64,000 bases of DNA, taken from NCBI GenBank assembly GCA_043228905.1, contig JBHGNT010000007.1, forward strand, positions 9,300,001-9,364,000, written 5' to 3'. Every line of letters starts with the position of its first letter. Positions within the stretch are counted from its first letter, which is position 1. The DNA is from Azolla caroliniana. Taxonomy: Eukaryota; Plantae; Polypodiophyta. Positions 48,874-59,704 of this stretch are shown here, one piece after another. The position numbers were made by a program, and so were the translations under genes. Below the pieces are notes generated by a model. That model saw only the letters and a list, made by a program, of their open reading frames with translations, had not been told where the DNA came from and searched no databases.

Positions 48874-50517
48874 ATGGGTCAAAGTGCTTCTGGCATTGCG
48901 TGTGGTTCTTTTCAAACTCAAGAAGAAGAAGCAGATGCAGAAGAAGAAGAAGAAGATAAGAAGGAAGAGAAAGAGATTAAGCTATTCTCAGAGCTTCAAA
49001 CAAAGAAGAGAGATGAAGAAAAAGAAGAAGAGGGAGAAAAGGACTACACATCTTGGCTTCCAGATGAGTGTTTGGCATGGGTGTTCGAGAAAATGTCCGC
49101 CCAAGATAGGACACGATGCTCATTAGTGTGTAAACGATTCTTATTGGTTGAGGCTCATGCCCGGGAGCGCCTTACTCTACGAGCTCATGCATCCATAATA
49201 TCTGATCTACCTTCGATTTTCACCAGATTCGACCACATTACAAAACTATGCCTTCGTGCCGAACACCGAAAATCAGGTATGGGTACCAGTAACACGATCT
49301 GTGATAAAGGTTTGCTGATTGTAGCAATCCATTGCACCAACCTTTCGAAGCTCAAGATCAAGGGCTGCAAGCAAATCACAGATTCTGGGATTGAGCTTTT
49401 CGCACGAGCACGTGGATCGAGCCTCAAGAAGCTTGCGTTCGGTTCGTGTAACTTTGGTGCACGAGGTGTGAATGCCATCATTGGGAATTGTTGCTCTCTA
49501 GAAGAGCTCACTTTAAAGCGTCTTCGGGGTTTGGTGGATGCACCAGTTGAACTCATTGGGCCTGGGTGTGCCTCGATCCGACGAATATGCTTAAAAGATC
49601 TCTTGAATGCACAACTTTTTGGTCCTTTGATTGCAGGGTCGAGGAACCTCCGAACCCTTATTGTATCTCGCAGCTCAGGGAATTGGGACAAACTTCTCGA
49701 AATCATTACCCAACATCTCCCTAACTTAGGGGAGCTTCACATGGAGAGGCTACACCTTAGTGACCGAGGCCTACGGGCAGTGGCAAAATGTGCTAATCTC
49801 GAGGCTCTTTATGTTATAAAGACCCCTGAGTGCACCAACTTTGGTCTCTTGGCCATTGCTGATGGTTGCAAACACTTAAAGAAGGTTCATGTGGATGGGT
49901 GGAAATCAAGCCGAATTGGTGATGAAGGTCTCATTGCATTAGCCATGAAATGTAAAGACATTCAAGAGCTTGTTTTAATTGGTATCAATGCGACATCAGC
50001 AAGCTTGGATCTCATAGTATCCAATTGCTCTGGGCTTGAGAGACTGGCATTATGCAATAGTGACACGGTTGGGGATGTGGAATTATCATGTATTGCTCAT
50101 AAAGCACATTCTTTGAAGAGGCTTTGTGTTAAAGGATGTGCTATTTCGGACGAGGGGATGAAAAGTCTTGCTACCGGATGCCCTCGGCTCATTAAGGCAA
50201 AGATCAAGAAATGTCGGGGGGTCACATGGGAGATTGCTTCATGGCTTCAGATTCATAGACCTTTGCTCTTGTTATCTCTAGATTCTGAAGTCTCTCCTCC
50301 TCCACCTCCTCCTGGGGATGGGGAAATTAGAGAGGGTTCAAGGATAGTTGGAGAAGAAGGAACAGAACTCATCTCAGAAAGTGCTATATTTCCTATATGT
50401 CCGAGGGCAAGGTCACGATTTGCTAAATTTAAGCTCGCTTTGGTTGCAAGCCGTACTTTTATTGCCAGTGCACTCTTTGGGTGGTCATCATTGAATGACT
50501 CATGCTCAAATCAGTAG
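48874..50517 (+). CDS. F-box/LRR protein of the VFB/SKIP2-like family
   Basis: Intronless 547-aa ORF with an MGQSAS N-terminus, an acidic tract and F-box DYTSWLPDECLAWVF...CSLVCKRF. AMN1-type LRRs follow (LEELTLKRLRG, KTPECTNFGL, HVDGWKSSRIGDEGL, LERLALCNSDTVGD), as recalled for Arabidopsis VFB1-4. Confidence 0.93.
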   Translation: MGQSASGIACGSFQTQEEEADAEEEEEDKKEEKEIKLFSELQTKKRDEEKEEEGEKDYTSWLPDECLAWVFEKMSAQDRTRCSLVCKRFLLVEAHARERLTLRAHASIISDLPSIFTRFDHITKLCLRAEHRKSGMGTSNTICDKGLLIVAIHCTNLSKLKIKGCKQITDSGIELFARARGSSLKKLAFGSCNFGARGVNAIIGNCCSLEELTLKRLRGLVDAPVELIGPGCASIRRICLKDLLNAQLFGPLIAGSRNLRTLIVSRSSGNWDKLLEIITQHLPNLGELHMERLHLSDRGLRAVAKCANLEALYVIKTPECTNFGLLAIADGCKHLKKVHVDGWKSSRIGDEGLIALAMKCKDIQELVLIGINATSASLDLIVSNCSGLERLALCNSDTVGDVELSCIAHKAHSLKRLCVKGCAISDEGMKSLATGCPRLIKAKIKKCRGVTWEIASWLQIHRPLLLLSLDSEVSPPPPPPGDGEIREGSRIVGEEGTELISESAIFPICPRARSRFAKFKLALVASRTFIASALFGWSSLNDSCSNQ

Positions 50518-51765
50518 CTGGTTAAATTAGCTAGATGATATTGATCTTTCAGTGGGAAAAGAGATGATGATGTAAAAGCACATTCTTTCGATTGTTGGAA
50601 TTTTAACACGAGATATTGGAATCATAATGAATTCTTTTCTCGAGTTCATCAATGTTTAAAACACAATCGGTATTTTACTTGATTGATTCTGGTTTGAATG
50701 CCAGATAGTTCAACTCTAGAGATTGGAGTTCTCAACTTCATTTGGAAGAATACATGGTAAATACATACATACATATATTGTGTGTGCATGTATGTTCTGA
50801 GCCTTTGGATTAGAATCAATCATATATCATTTGTGAATTTCACAATAGTTCAGATGTAATTTGCTCGGCTTCCATTCGATTGTGCCAAATATGGCGACGA
50901 AAAAATGTATTTCGTCAAATATAATTTGTTCTGCTTCTATTCAATACTCCAAGATCCAACTTTCTTTCTTTCCTCTTTTAGCTTTTTTTTCCAATTATTG
51001 CTCAGTCTGGAATTTCATTAAGCTCTCCTATTAGAGATTGCTAACATTAGTTTCGTGGTACTAACAGGTTGGTAATGTTTTTACCTGTTAAATTGAACAT
51101 GATTGCAACGTGCAGTGGTGAAACTGCTAATTTTCCTGCTATCTGATGGTAAAATATGAGCTGTGGAACTTTCAGGAGGCTGTAAATTTGTACCACCAAA
51201 TGTAGCTAAAGTTCACTTTACTGGTCTCATGAAGACTTGTTTTGACATGTAGGAAGTTGATTGCTCCTAAACAAGTAACTTGACATCCTGTTGGATCCCA
51301 AATACTGGTTCTATCACCTCCAGGTGACCAGGAAGCTGTTACAACTATTATTTCCAGCATCTTACTACAAAGAAAAACAGCAAAAAGTTATAAGTTATAA
51401 CAATATGGTCAACAAATGATAGTCATTACAAGGTTGGAAAAACTCTGATAAAACAAAAATAGAAACAAGAAAAAACTTCATGACCAGTCAAAGAGGTTCA
51501 TGAAATATTTCAATTAGAGAATTTGGAAATACATTCACTGCCATATTGTGACCAAGAATATATTAGAACTTTGTCAAACCGTCAATACCACACCTATAAA
51601 AAGCCGTGCACAAATGGTAAAAAGCATATGTTGATCAATCTTCAGGTTTTTTTCAAAGAGGTCTAATGTGCAAGCGACACAAGATGATGAATTACATATA
51701 ATCCATTGATGTATATAATCTCGTTATATATATATATATATATAACGAGAGAGACTTGGCCAGAT

Positions 51766-51843
51766 GGATGTATAGCTCAGTTGGTAAGGTTGCCTGCCAC
51801 AAAGGAGAGTCGAGAAGGTTGTGGGATCAACCCTAACGTTCCA
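51766..51843 (+). other. tRNA-derived (SINE head or pseudo-tRNA) sequence
   Basis: A-box TAGCTCAGTTGG and degenerate B-box GGGATCAACCC. GGATGT and ACGTTC can pair as an acceptor stem. The anticodon arm is not canonical. Confidence 0.45.
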
Positions 51844-51888
51844 CAGTGGCATCCAGTAATTTAAGAGATATGTATCTAGTAATAGAGA

Positions 51889-51957
51889 TGTGCGAAAACT
51901 GGGTTTCGAACCCGAGATATAGTGCTAGTAGCCTAACTACTTACCACTAGGGTAAGC
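51889..51957 (-). other. Second tRNA-derived sequence, convergent with the first
   Basis: The minus strand reads ...CCCTAGTGGTAAG...CTCGGGTTCGAAACCCAG, with an A-box-like sequence and a good B-box/T-arm. Confidence 0.4.
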
Positions 51958-51998
51958 TAATTACAAAAAACCAAAAAAGATATAGAAATTTGTTAAGT

Positions 51999-52227
51999 TA
52001 ATCTAATTCTATCACATGTGACAATTTACTGTTTTGTTACTCTGTCCAATAGTTTGGAAGTGCGTTAATTTCACTCATTGGTACCACATCATACAGACAT
52101 ATACAGACATTCGTTAAATTAATGAGGATTTACCTAATTCTTTATCACCTGCGACAATTTACTGTTCCACTACTTTGTCCAATATTTTGGAAGCACGTTA
52201 GTTTCACCCATTGGTACCACATGATAC
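51999..52227. repeat. Diverged direct repeat of about 95 bp (two copies about 130 bp apart)
   Basis: ctaattct..tatcac.tg.gacaatttactgtt...gtccaata.tttggaag..cgtta.tttcac.cattggtaccacat occurs twice. Confidence 0.7.
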
Positions 52228-52736
52228 TTACAGTTCACTCACTAATACCACATGATACGTAAAGTTCAGTTTGTGCATGAGCATGGATTGTCTCACTAAC
52301 TTCCTCAATATACATATCAGACTTAAAATGACCTCATCCTTAAATCCTAGTGCATGTTAAACAATTTAAGGCAAAAAATGCCAAACCAAATTTAATTCAC
52401 ATAACACATTGTAAATATGCGTAAACAAACACATTGCAAACACCTTTCCTCAAACATTATACATGCTTTTTGGGAACCAATACATGAGCTTCAAACTAAT
52501 CGATGAACAAATGATATGGTAAATACACAAGACATGGTGCCTATTTATACATAATCAACACAACCAAATTACTGCATTGAAATCCTCCAAATCTCAATGC
52601 AAATATAACACTATTTTTCTTACATCTCAATGCTCAAGCAGGCCATGATGTGGCAACAAAATATTTTCTTTGTGAAGCCACAAAGACCATGTGGCAATGA
52701 AATACACACATTGCAAAAGTGAATAACATGCTCGTA

Positions 52737-54275
52737 TCAATTCCTCTCATGATCCCTACCATCTCCTTGGAATACAATAGCACCAGGCACAACACACGCA
52801 TCTATGATATGTGATCGATACTCTGGGTCTTCGGCAAAATTGTGCAAAGCCTCAGCTGCATTTCCCTTGACCTCAGTTGATGGATCTTGTAATAACTCAA
52901 CCAGCATCGGAATTGCTCCATTTTCAGCTAAAACTTGCCTATCCTCATCATTTTTGGTGAGTTGAGCAATAGCTCCCAATACATTCTCTCTCAACTCATC
53001 ATTCTCATGTTTGAGAAGACCAACAAGAACAGGTATAGCCCCTGATAGTACCACCACTGATACTGAATGCCGATAACATGCTAAGTCCCAAATAATATCC
53101 GCCACAGCAGCTTTACTTGCCAAACTTCCATACTGAAGTATCCTCACCAAATGATCCATGATTACGAGTGCATTTTCCTCTGAAACAGCCAATATACAGA
53201 AGGCATCTTCGGTGATATCTTTGCCATGAGGGTTCCCACCTTCAAGCAAATCGATGAAAAGTGGTATTGCTCCTGCCTGAGCAACTTGCCATAAATGGTC
53301 TACACAAGCTGATATTAGACCAAGCGAATTCCCGGCAACTAATTTGGCCATGTCGTCACCGTCTCTAAGAATATCTATTAGCACGGGTATACCTCCAGCA
53401 TTGACGATCATCCTTCTTATTCTCTTTGTGAAGGATAGAAGCCCTAATGCATGAGCACCCCTTGCTTTGGCATCCATTGACCCAGCCTTCATTGCCTCTA
53501 TGATGAAAGAGACACCCGATCGATTCGCAATCTCACGTCGCCCATCTCTTAAGCTTGAGAGAATACACAATATTTCTATACTCATACATTTGACCCTGTC
53601 CGATGATGAAGAACTGACAAGAAGCTCCAAAATAATTTGCGCACCTCCCACTTGAAAAAACATCTCTTGGTTGACCTTTGTAGAAAGAACAAGTTCTCTT
53701 ATCACTTGGAGTGCGAGAATTTGTATTGTTAAATCGTGTTGAGAAGTGGATGAGGAGAAGATCAAAGATAGAAGATTTGGAAACACACCCAATCTTCCAA
53801 GTCTCACTCTTAAATCTTCTCCTTTTTTAGCAAGCTTCTTAATGGCAATTAGAGTCACTTCTCGAAATGAAAGACTTTGTGAGGAAACATCAAATACAAG
53901 AAAGTTTACTAGAGTAGGGATTGACATCTTCAATGTTTCTTCTGGTATGAACTTTGTTTGCTTTGCAAGAAGTAGACAACCTAAAATTTGTATATCTGGA
54001 TCTGATGCATTGATTAACTTAAGCAAGTAAAGGCCGCGTTCAGCTCTTATCATCTCCACAATATCATCATCTTGGGATATCTCAATTAAAGTCTTAATGA
54101 GCTTTTTCTTGCTTAATGATATCTCAATTCCATTTCTTGATGATGGCAACATGAAGGCAGCTTTTAGCTTTGTTAGGCTGCAAACATTACAAGGAAAAGA
54201 TTCATCCGAATTCTTCTTGTGCAGATCATGCCATGGCATGATTTGATCTATCACTTCGTCTTTGTCTTCATGCAT
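52737..54275 (-). CDS. Armadillo (ARM) repeat protein, about 512 aa
   Basis: Repeated ARM motifs (NAGGIPVLIDIL, QAGAIPLFIDLL, SGAIPVLVGLL, ENGAIPMLVELL...AAEALHNF). First ATG is at 54275. A likely 5'-UTR intron has its acceptor TGAACAG ending at 54304 and a donor CAG|GTATG near 55113. Confidence 0.9.
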   Translation of the reverse strand: MHEDKDEVIDQIMPWHDLHKKNSDESFPCNVCSLTKLKAAFMLPSSRNGIEISLSKKKLIKTLIEISQDDDIVEMIRAERGLYLLKLINASDPDIQILGCLLLAKQTKFIPEETLKMSIPTLVNFLVFDVSSQSLSFREVTLIAIKKLAKKGEDLRVRLGRLGVFPNLLSLIFSSSTSQHDLTIQILALQVIRELVLSTKVNQEMFFQVGGAQIILELLVSSSSSDRVKCMSIEILCILSSLRDGRREIANRSGVSFIIEAMKAGSMDAKARGAHALGLLSFTKRIRRMIVNAGGIPVLIDILRDGDDMAKLVAGNSLGLISACVDHLWQVAQAGAIPLFIDLLEGGNPHGKDITEDAFCILAVSEENALVIMDHLVRILQYGSLASKAAVADIIWDLACYRHSVSVVVLSGAIPVLVGLLKHENDELRENVLGAIAQLTKNDEDRQVLAENGAIPMLVELLQDPSTEVKGNAAEALHNFAEDPEYRSHIIDACVVPGAIVFQGDGRDHERN

Positions 54276-55689
54276 TACTTCACTTTGCTTAAGATTGAAA
54301 AATCTGTTCAATCACATAGTAAAAAAATCAGGAACCTTCACATAATCGTAACCCACTTGTATTTACACAACCTGATGACCTAAAAGCTGAAGTAAAATAT
54401 ACTGATTTACACCACATCAATAATCAAGATAAGATAAGAGAAGTGTGTTATCACATATGCTTTCTTTAAGTAACGATTCAAATGTTAAAGTGTACACCAT
54501 ATTAAAGTGTGTATATGAAGTATTCATTTACTTCCAGCATCTTCAGAATGTTTCGAACATAGTGTAATGTTGTTGAACCATTGTTCATCATGCCGGTTAT
54601 ATATATATTATGTATCTGTCTATACATATAATACCATGTCTCACCTCATTGTGCTGGATTTTGGATCTGTAGATATCCTCTCTGTATACGTAGGATTCCC
54701 CACCCCACTTCTATGTGTGACCGTTCATTGTGTTAGTTTGGATTTATTTTCGATGTTTTTTTTTCTATACACCACCGTATTATATATCTATATGAATCCC
54801 GCATAATATATTTAATATGCGTATTATATTTAACCAATGGTCAGCATATCGATGGATCCTCAAAATGATCAACAAAGTGTATATATATGCATACACAACA
54901 ACCTTCTTGTCTATACATCATTTGCTTCACATGTCTTCGTATGATTGCAACCAAAGTGTATTAGCATAAAACCCTAACATCTTAAGATCTCCTCAAATGC
55001 AAAAGCCTCTTTCAAAGGGCGTGGATATGGAATAAGGAAAACGACAGAGTGTCTCTAAGCAACAGAGTAAAAGATGAAAGGAAGGAGGGAAGAGGATGAA
55101 ATTCACACATACCTGTGAGAAGATGGCACCTCACGAGAAGGTTAAGAGGATGAACAACTTAATCTTCTTCTGCTTCTGCTTCTTCTCTGTCTTGTGCGTG
55201 TGTCCATGGCCCATGATTGTCGGTGTTAAAGAAAGTATATACATACATACATACATACATACATACTGATACATACATATGAATGGGAAATTCCTGTGCT
55301 TCATTCATCTCTCCCAAATGCCCCTGAGTTTTTGTTATTCTCCCATTTTGCCCTTCCTTCCGGTTCTCGTGTCCAGCCCATCAACCGTTCCTATGTGGGT
55401 CCACTCATTCCTTGGCCATGGGCATGCATTTGGGAAAAATTATAAAGAAAAAGATTCGAGGGAAATTCCAGAGCCCACCCCCAAGTCGTCATGCACATTC
55501 GCACATTAGTATGTGTAATCCATATCTGTGTGTGATTTCAGTGTCCTTAGTTGTGACATTTGTCCTATCTCTGTACAAGTCTAAATGTATTGATCATTAT
55601 TTGAGGCATATGTGTGTGCCTAATGTGGTTATCTTATGCTTAGATTGTTGGTGTTTAATGTTGTTATTGTAGGACATCCGACCCAGTAT

Positions 55690-56620
55690 GTGTCTTCGTT
55701 GGCTACTTTGAGACGATGAGTCGCCTACTTGTAGAATAGCAAATAGAATCTTGTATATGGATCAGGCAAACAGGATGACAAGTGAGAATGTGAATGTTGT
55801 GCATTGCTCAATCACAAAAGCAAACTTGTGCAAAAAGAAGAGAGACGATTACACAAAGGAAACAATAAGAGCTCAAGAAGACAATCTCATTACAAATCCC
55901 ACTGGAACTCATTTACACACTTTTATAGTTGGGGTAACTAAGCCCTAACTGAGATAGTGTTTCACACTAGGAATACAACTTGGGTGGAGTAGGATTTTTA
56001 CTCCAACAGTTATATGCTTAGACTTCCTAGAATTGCAAGGGAAGCAAGCAAAAGATCCAAAAGACACATAAAAGCAAACTATGGAAAAATGGTTTGGTAG
56101 ATGGGGATGCAACACACTTGCTTCATGATGCGTCAAGTCTAGATTCAGCTGTAAATGAGACTTTTTTGCAATGCCAATGTATCATGACATGGGACAAATG
56201 TGGAGGCTCACGCTTCACACATTATACTACACATATTGCACCTAACCACAAAACCATATTCTTCACAGAACAAGTAAACCATACACATCGATACATGTTA
56301 GAGCCCATCCCATTGTCTGCCATTCAAACCATTGCTTCCATGCCACTTCGCTTATATGCATTACAATGTGAGATGGGGCATTGGGACATAAGTGATGAGA
56401 GTGGTCGACTATACACACTTTGCCCTAAACAAGTTCGAGAGTATAAGTATCACACTCTGATACAATATTCTACCTTTGATCATATTCGACCATGCTTTCC
56501 ATACATCTTCGACCATGCCCAATCCTTGCACGAATTTCTCTCCCTCTCGATTGGTAAGGTTCTTGACATCGAGAATCGCTAATCACTTTCACATGTATCA
56601 CGTGAAATGTAATATTTTTT
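55690..56620 (+). mobile_element. Decayed 3' end of a non-LTR retrotransposon (RTE/L2-like C-terminus)
   Basis: IASMPLRLYALQCEMGHW...RLYTLC...YHTLIQYSTFDHIR resembles the LINE C-terminal motif 'LR.SSH.L..E.GRW...R.C..C...E...H....C..Y..IR'. The left boundary is approximate. Confidence 0.5.
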
Positions 56621-56671
56621 GTCTCATAGGTCATATTGGACCTCCAACGACAATAATAGAATCTCTAGCAT

Positions 56672-57205
56672 TGTCAATTGCCACAAAAGAGAGAGAGAGA
56701 GAGAGTTAAGTAGACAACAACTTCTATTACAAAAAGACTCTATGTACATAGAATGTGCTCAGAGAACACTTTTTATACAAGCCCTCCAAAAGGACTGACA
56801 AAAGTATTGACACGTACTTAAATGCTCATTAACTAAGCATCTAACACTAATTAGCCTATAATAGGCCTACTTACAAAAATAGGCATCTAGACTCCTTAAT
56901 GGCCTGTCAGATTTCATCCGACTCGACCAGCTGATTCGGCCTAGCTGCCGATTCGGTTTATGACTTATTCAACCGATTTGAGCCTAGCCGATCGACCTAT
57001 GCCCAACCCGGCATTCAGCTTATTCAACCGATCGACGCATGTTGAGCTTATCCACTCAACACTCCCCCTCAAGCTCAACTTGAGGTTGGTTCCCTATGTC
57101 AGCTACAACCGGTTCCAGACTCCGACTTCTCGTGGTGTCTTCACACCTTGCACGTGATCCTCGTCTGGTCTGGTCTCATGTTCCTAGACCCCTCCAGTCC
57201 TGTTA
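56672..57205 (-). mobile_element. 3' LTR, PPT and short internal remnant of a Copia C1 relative
   Basis: ctcaacactccccctcaagctcaac.tgagg at about 57055-57085 is shared with 1572-1602. The LTR also shares tttatacaag and ggactgaca motifs. The left end is approximate. Confidence 0.75.
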
Positions 57206-57218
57206 AGATTCTATTACT

Positions 57219-57703
57219 TAGCAATGGGCGTGGCGTGGTTCGGTTTCGGTTCGGTTCGGTTCGGTTTCTTGGCTTTGAAACCAAACCAAACCATTTAGTT
57301 ATATTAAAAACCAAACCAAACTGTTTAAATTTTATGAAGCCATTTAGAGCCGAACCATTTATGAAAATTTTAGAACCAAACCAAATCAATTGATCATAAA
57401 TCAAAACCAAACCAAACCTCTAAACCGATAAACCTATAAATCTTTAAACCTTCAAAACATTTAAACATTTAAACCTTTAAACCAAACCACATAAGCCGAA
57501 ACCGCTAACCCGTGAAATTCAAAACCAAACCAAACCGAAACCGATAAACCGCTAAACCATGAAATTCAAAACCAAACCGAAACCAAACCGGATCATAATA
57601 TTTGAAACCAAACCAAACGGTTTATTTATCTTTGAACCAATAAACCGTTAAGCCATGGCTTAACGGTTCGGTTCGGTTTGAGCCAAAACCGTGCCCATTG
57701 CTA
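57219..57703. mobile_element. hAT-like MITE, copy 1
   Basis: TIR TAGCAATGGGC...GCCCATTGCTA with many AAACCG/CGGTT subterminal repeats. Flanks are CTATTACT and CTATTACG. Confidence 0.88.
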
Positions 57704-57947
57704 CTATTACGAACCCATTTTTAATCACTAGACCAAACTAAAGTAAAAGAAGGAAAATAGAATGGATAGAAGAACTCATTCCACCCGACCACCCCCGAGC
57801 TATGATCTAGACATATCCAACCAACCTACCACCAACGTTCCATACTGCCGGATATTAGGATGACTAATACCTTGGAAGAGATAAACACGATCATCGAGAC
57901 GAAATCCTAGCCTGCACCACTAGTGTCTAAGACAACAACCTTCCGAT

Positions 57948-58403
57948 TAGCAATGGGCACGGTTCGGTTTCGGTTCGGTTCGGTTTCCTAGCCTTGAAAC
58001 CAAACCAAACCATTTATTTATATTAAAAACCAAACCAAACTATTTAAATTTTATGAAACCATTTAAACCAAACCGTTTATGAAAAATTTAGAACCAAACC
58101 AAATTTATAAACCGATAAACCTATAAACCTTTAAACCTTCAAAACTTTTAAACCTTTAAACCAAACCACATAAGCCGAAATCGCTAAACCGTTAAATTCA
58201 AAACCAAACCGAATCGAAACCGATAAACTGATAAGCCACTAAACCACTAAACCATGAAATTCAAAACCGAACCGAACCGAAACCAAACTGGATCATAATA
58301 TTTGAAACCAAACCAAATGGTTTATTTATCTTTGAGCCAATAAACCATTAAGCCATGGCTTAACAGTTCGGTTCGGTTTGAGCCAAAACCGTGCCCATTG
58401 CTA
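57948..58403. mobile_element. hAT-like MITE, copy 2
   Basis: TIR TAGCAATGGGCACGGTT...AACCGTGCCCATTGCTA. Flanks are CTTCCGAT and CTTCCGAC. Colinear with copy 1. Confidence 0.88.
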
Positions 58404-59109
58404 CTTCCGACATAATGTGCTCATGAGGGTAGCTAAGCCTCATATTTATATACCTTTTCCTAGGCCCCTTGAATAGATGTGCCTTTCTAAAAGGGTCTCT
58501 ATTAGAGTTATGATCTAAAGTAAGCATATGATAAGGATAAAAGATAGATAGATAGAAAGGAGAGAGAGAAAGAAGGGTGTCGATACACCCAACCACCCCC
58601 GAGCGGAGGGATCGAAACGGACTTGAGCCTCGATCGGCGTCCCATACCACCGTCGTGGCATCAAGTCATACATGGTGCTGGCGCGCTCGCTACAAGAGTT
58701 GACCCACCACGAAACAGAGTCTCGACGTAGTTAAGATATGATGAAATGAGGGTAGTTAGGCCTCATATTTATAGCGATACCCAAGGCCCCCAAGCAAGTT
58801 CACACTTGGCGTAACGGGTTGTCTCAATCCCGAGGATTAAAAGTAATCCTCCCCTTCTTTACACTCTCATTTAACCCTCACACTTATCCACGTGTATAGA
58901 ATACTATGGTAAATTCTCACCGCGGGATATCATATGGTCATGCTCGTAACAGTCTCCATTCATTGGTTGCCCAAATCATGATAGTGCATGCACCTATCAT
59001 TCCTTCCATCCAATCACATTAGCCCCTTTTTAACATTAGTGAACATACCCTTCACTAATGTAAATATTAGTGACCTACCATTACCAACGTTATGTGTACA
59101 TATTAAAAG

Positions 59110-59704
59110 ATTGCACTCTTGCAATATGAAGTGAGGAAATTGTGCCTTAAGAGCATGCTCATGTTCCCATGTGGCATCATCAATAGGCTTATCCATCCAT
59201 TGGATCTTGAATAGTCGAATCTCTTTAGAACATAAACGTTTAGTACGAGAATCAAGAATTTGTTCAGGAACATGAGGTTTGTAAGAAAAATCCTCTTATG
59301 TTACAAGATCTTGGATTGTGATGGTGCTATCACCAGAGCCTAAAAATGGTTTTAGAGGACTGACGTGAAAAACAGGATGAATACCAACGTTACAGGGTAA
59401 GACAAGGTGATAAGCAGATGACACAACTCGCTTAAGGATTTCAAATGGGCCACAATATCGTGGGGCCAACTTAGCGCACTTGCCCATAGACAATGACGTA
59501 GAGTCAGTAGGGACATGCAAAAAAAACTTTTAACCAATAGTAAATGCACGAGGATGTCTCTCCTGATCAGCATAAAATCGAGCATGATCTTAAGCTGTCT
59601 TGACATTTTCTTTGGCAATATGCAACATTTTGTTCATGTCTTGCAAAAAATTGTGTGTATTATCTAATGTATCACGATGAATCGTGACATCAACTAGGGC
59701 ACGT
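59110..59704 (-). mobile_element. Chromovirus (Ty3/Gypsy) 3' pol fragment: integrase C-terminus and chromodomain
   Basis: KLAPRYCGPFEILKRV...AYHLVLP...IHPVFHVSPLKPF (GPF motif), followed by PEQILDSR...KIQWMDKPIDDATWEHE...QFPHF. Confidence 0.85.

Noticed and set aside
50750-51180. Possible 3'-UTR introns of the F-box gene (G|GTAAAT near 50757; CTAACAG near 51067)
   Set aside because: Splice-like words alone are insufficient without transcript data.
54276-54311. ORF-track start of the ARM protein at 54311
   Set aside because: It is a TTG overlapping a likely splice acceptor. The first ATG is at 54275.
58412-58951. LTR-like sequence possibly belonging to the chromovirus fragment
   Set aside because: A TGTTACG start on the minus strand and duplicated TATA-like blocks are suggestive, but no second LTR, far terminus or TSD could be fixed.
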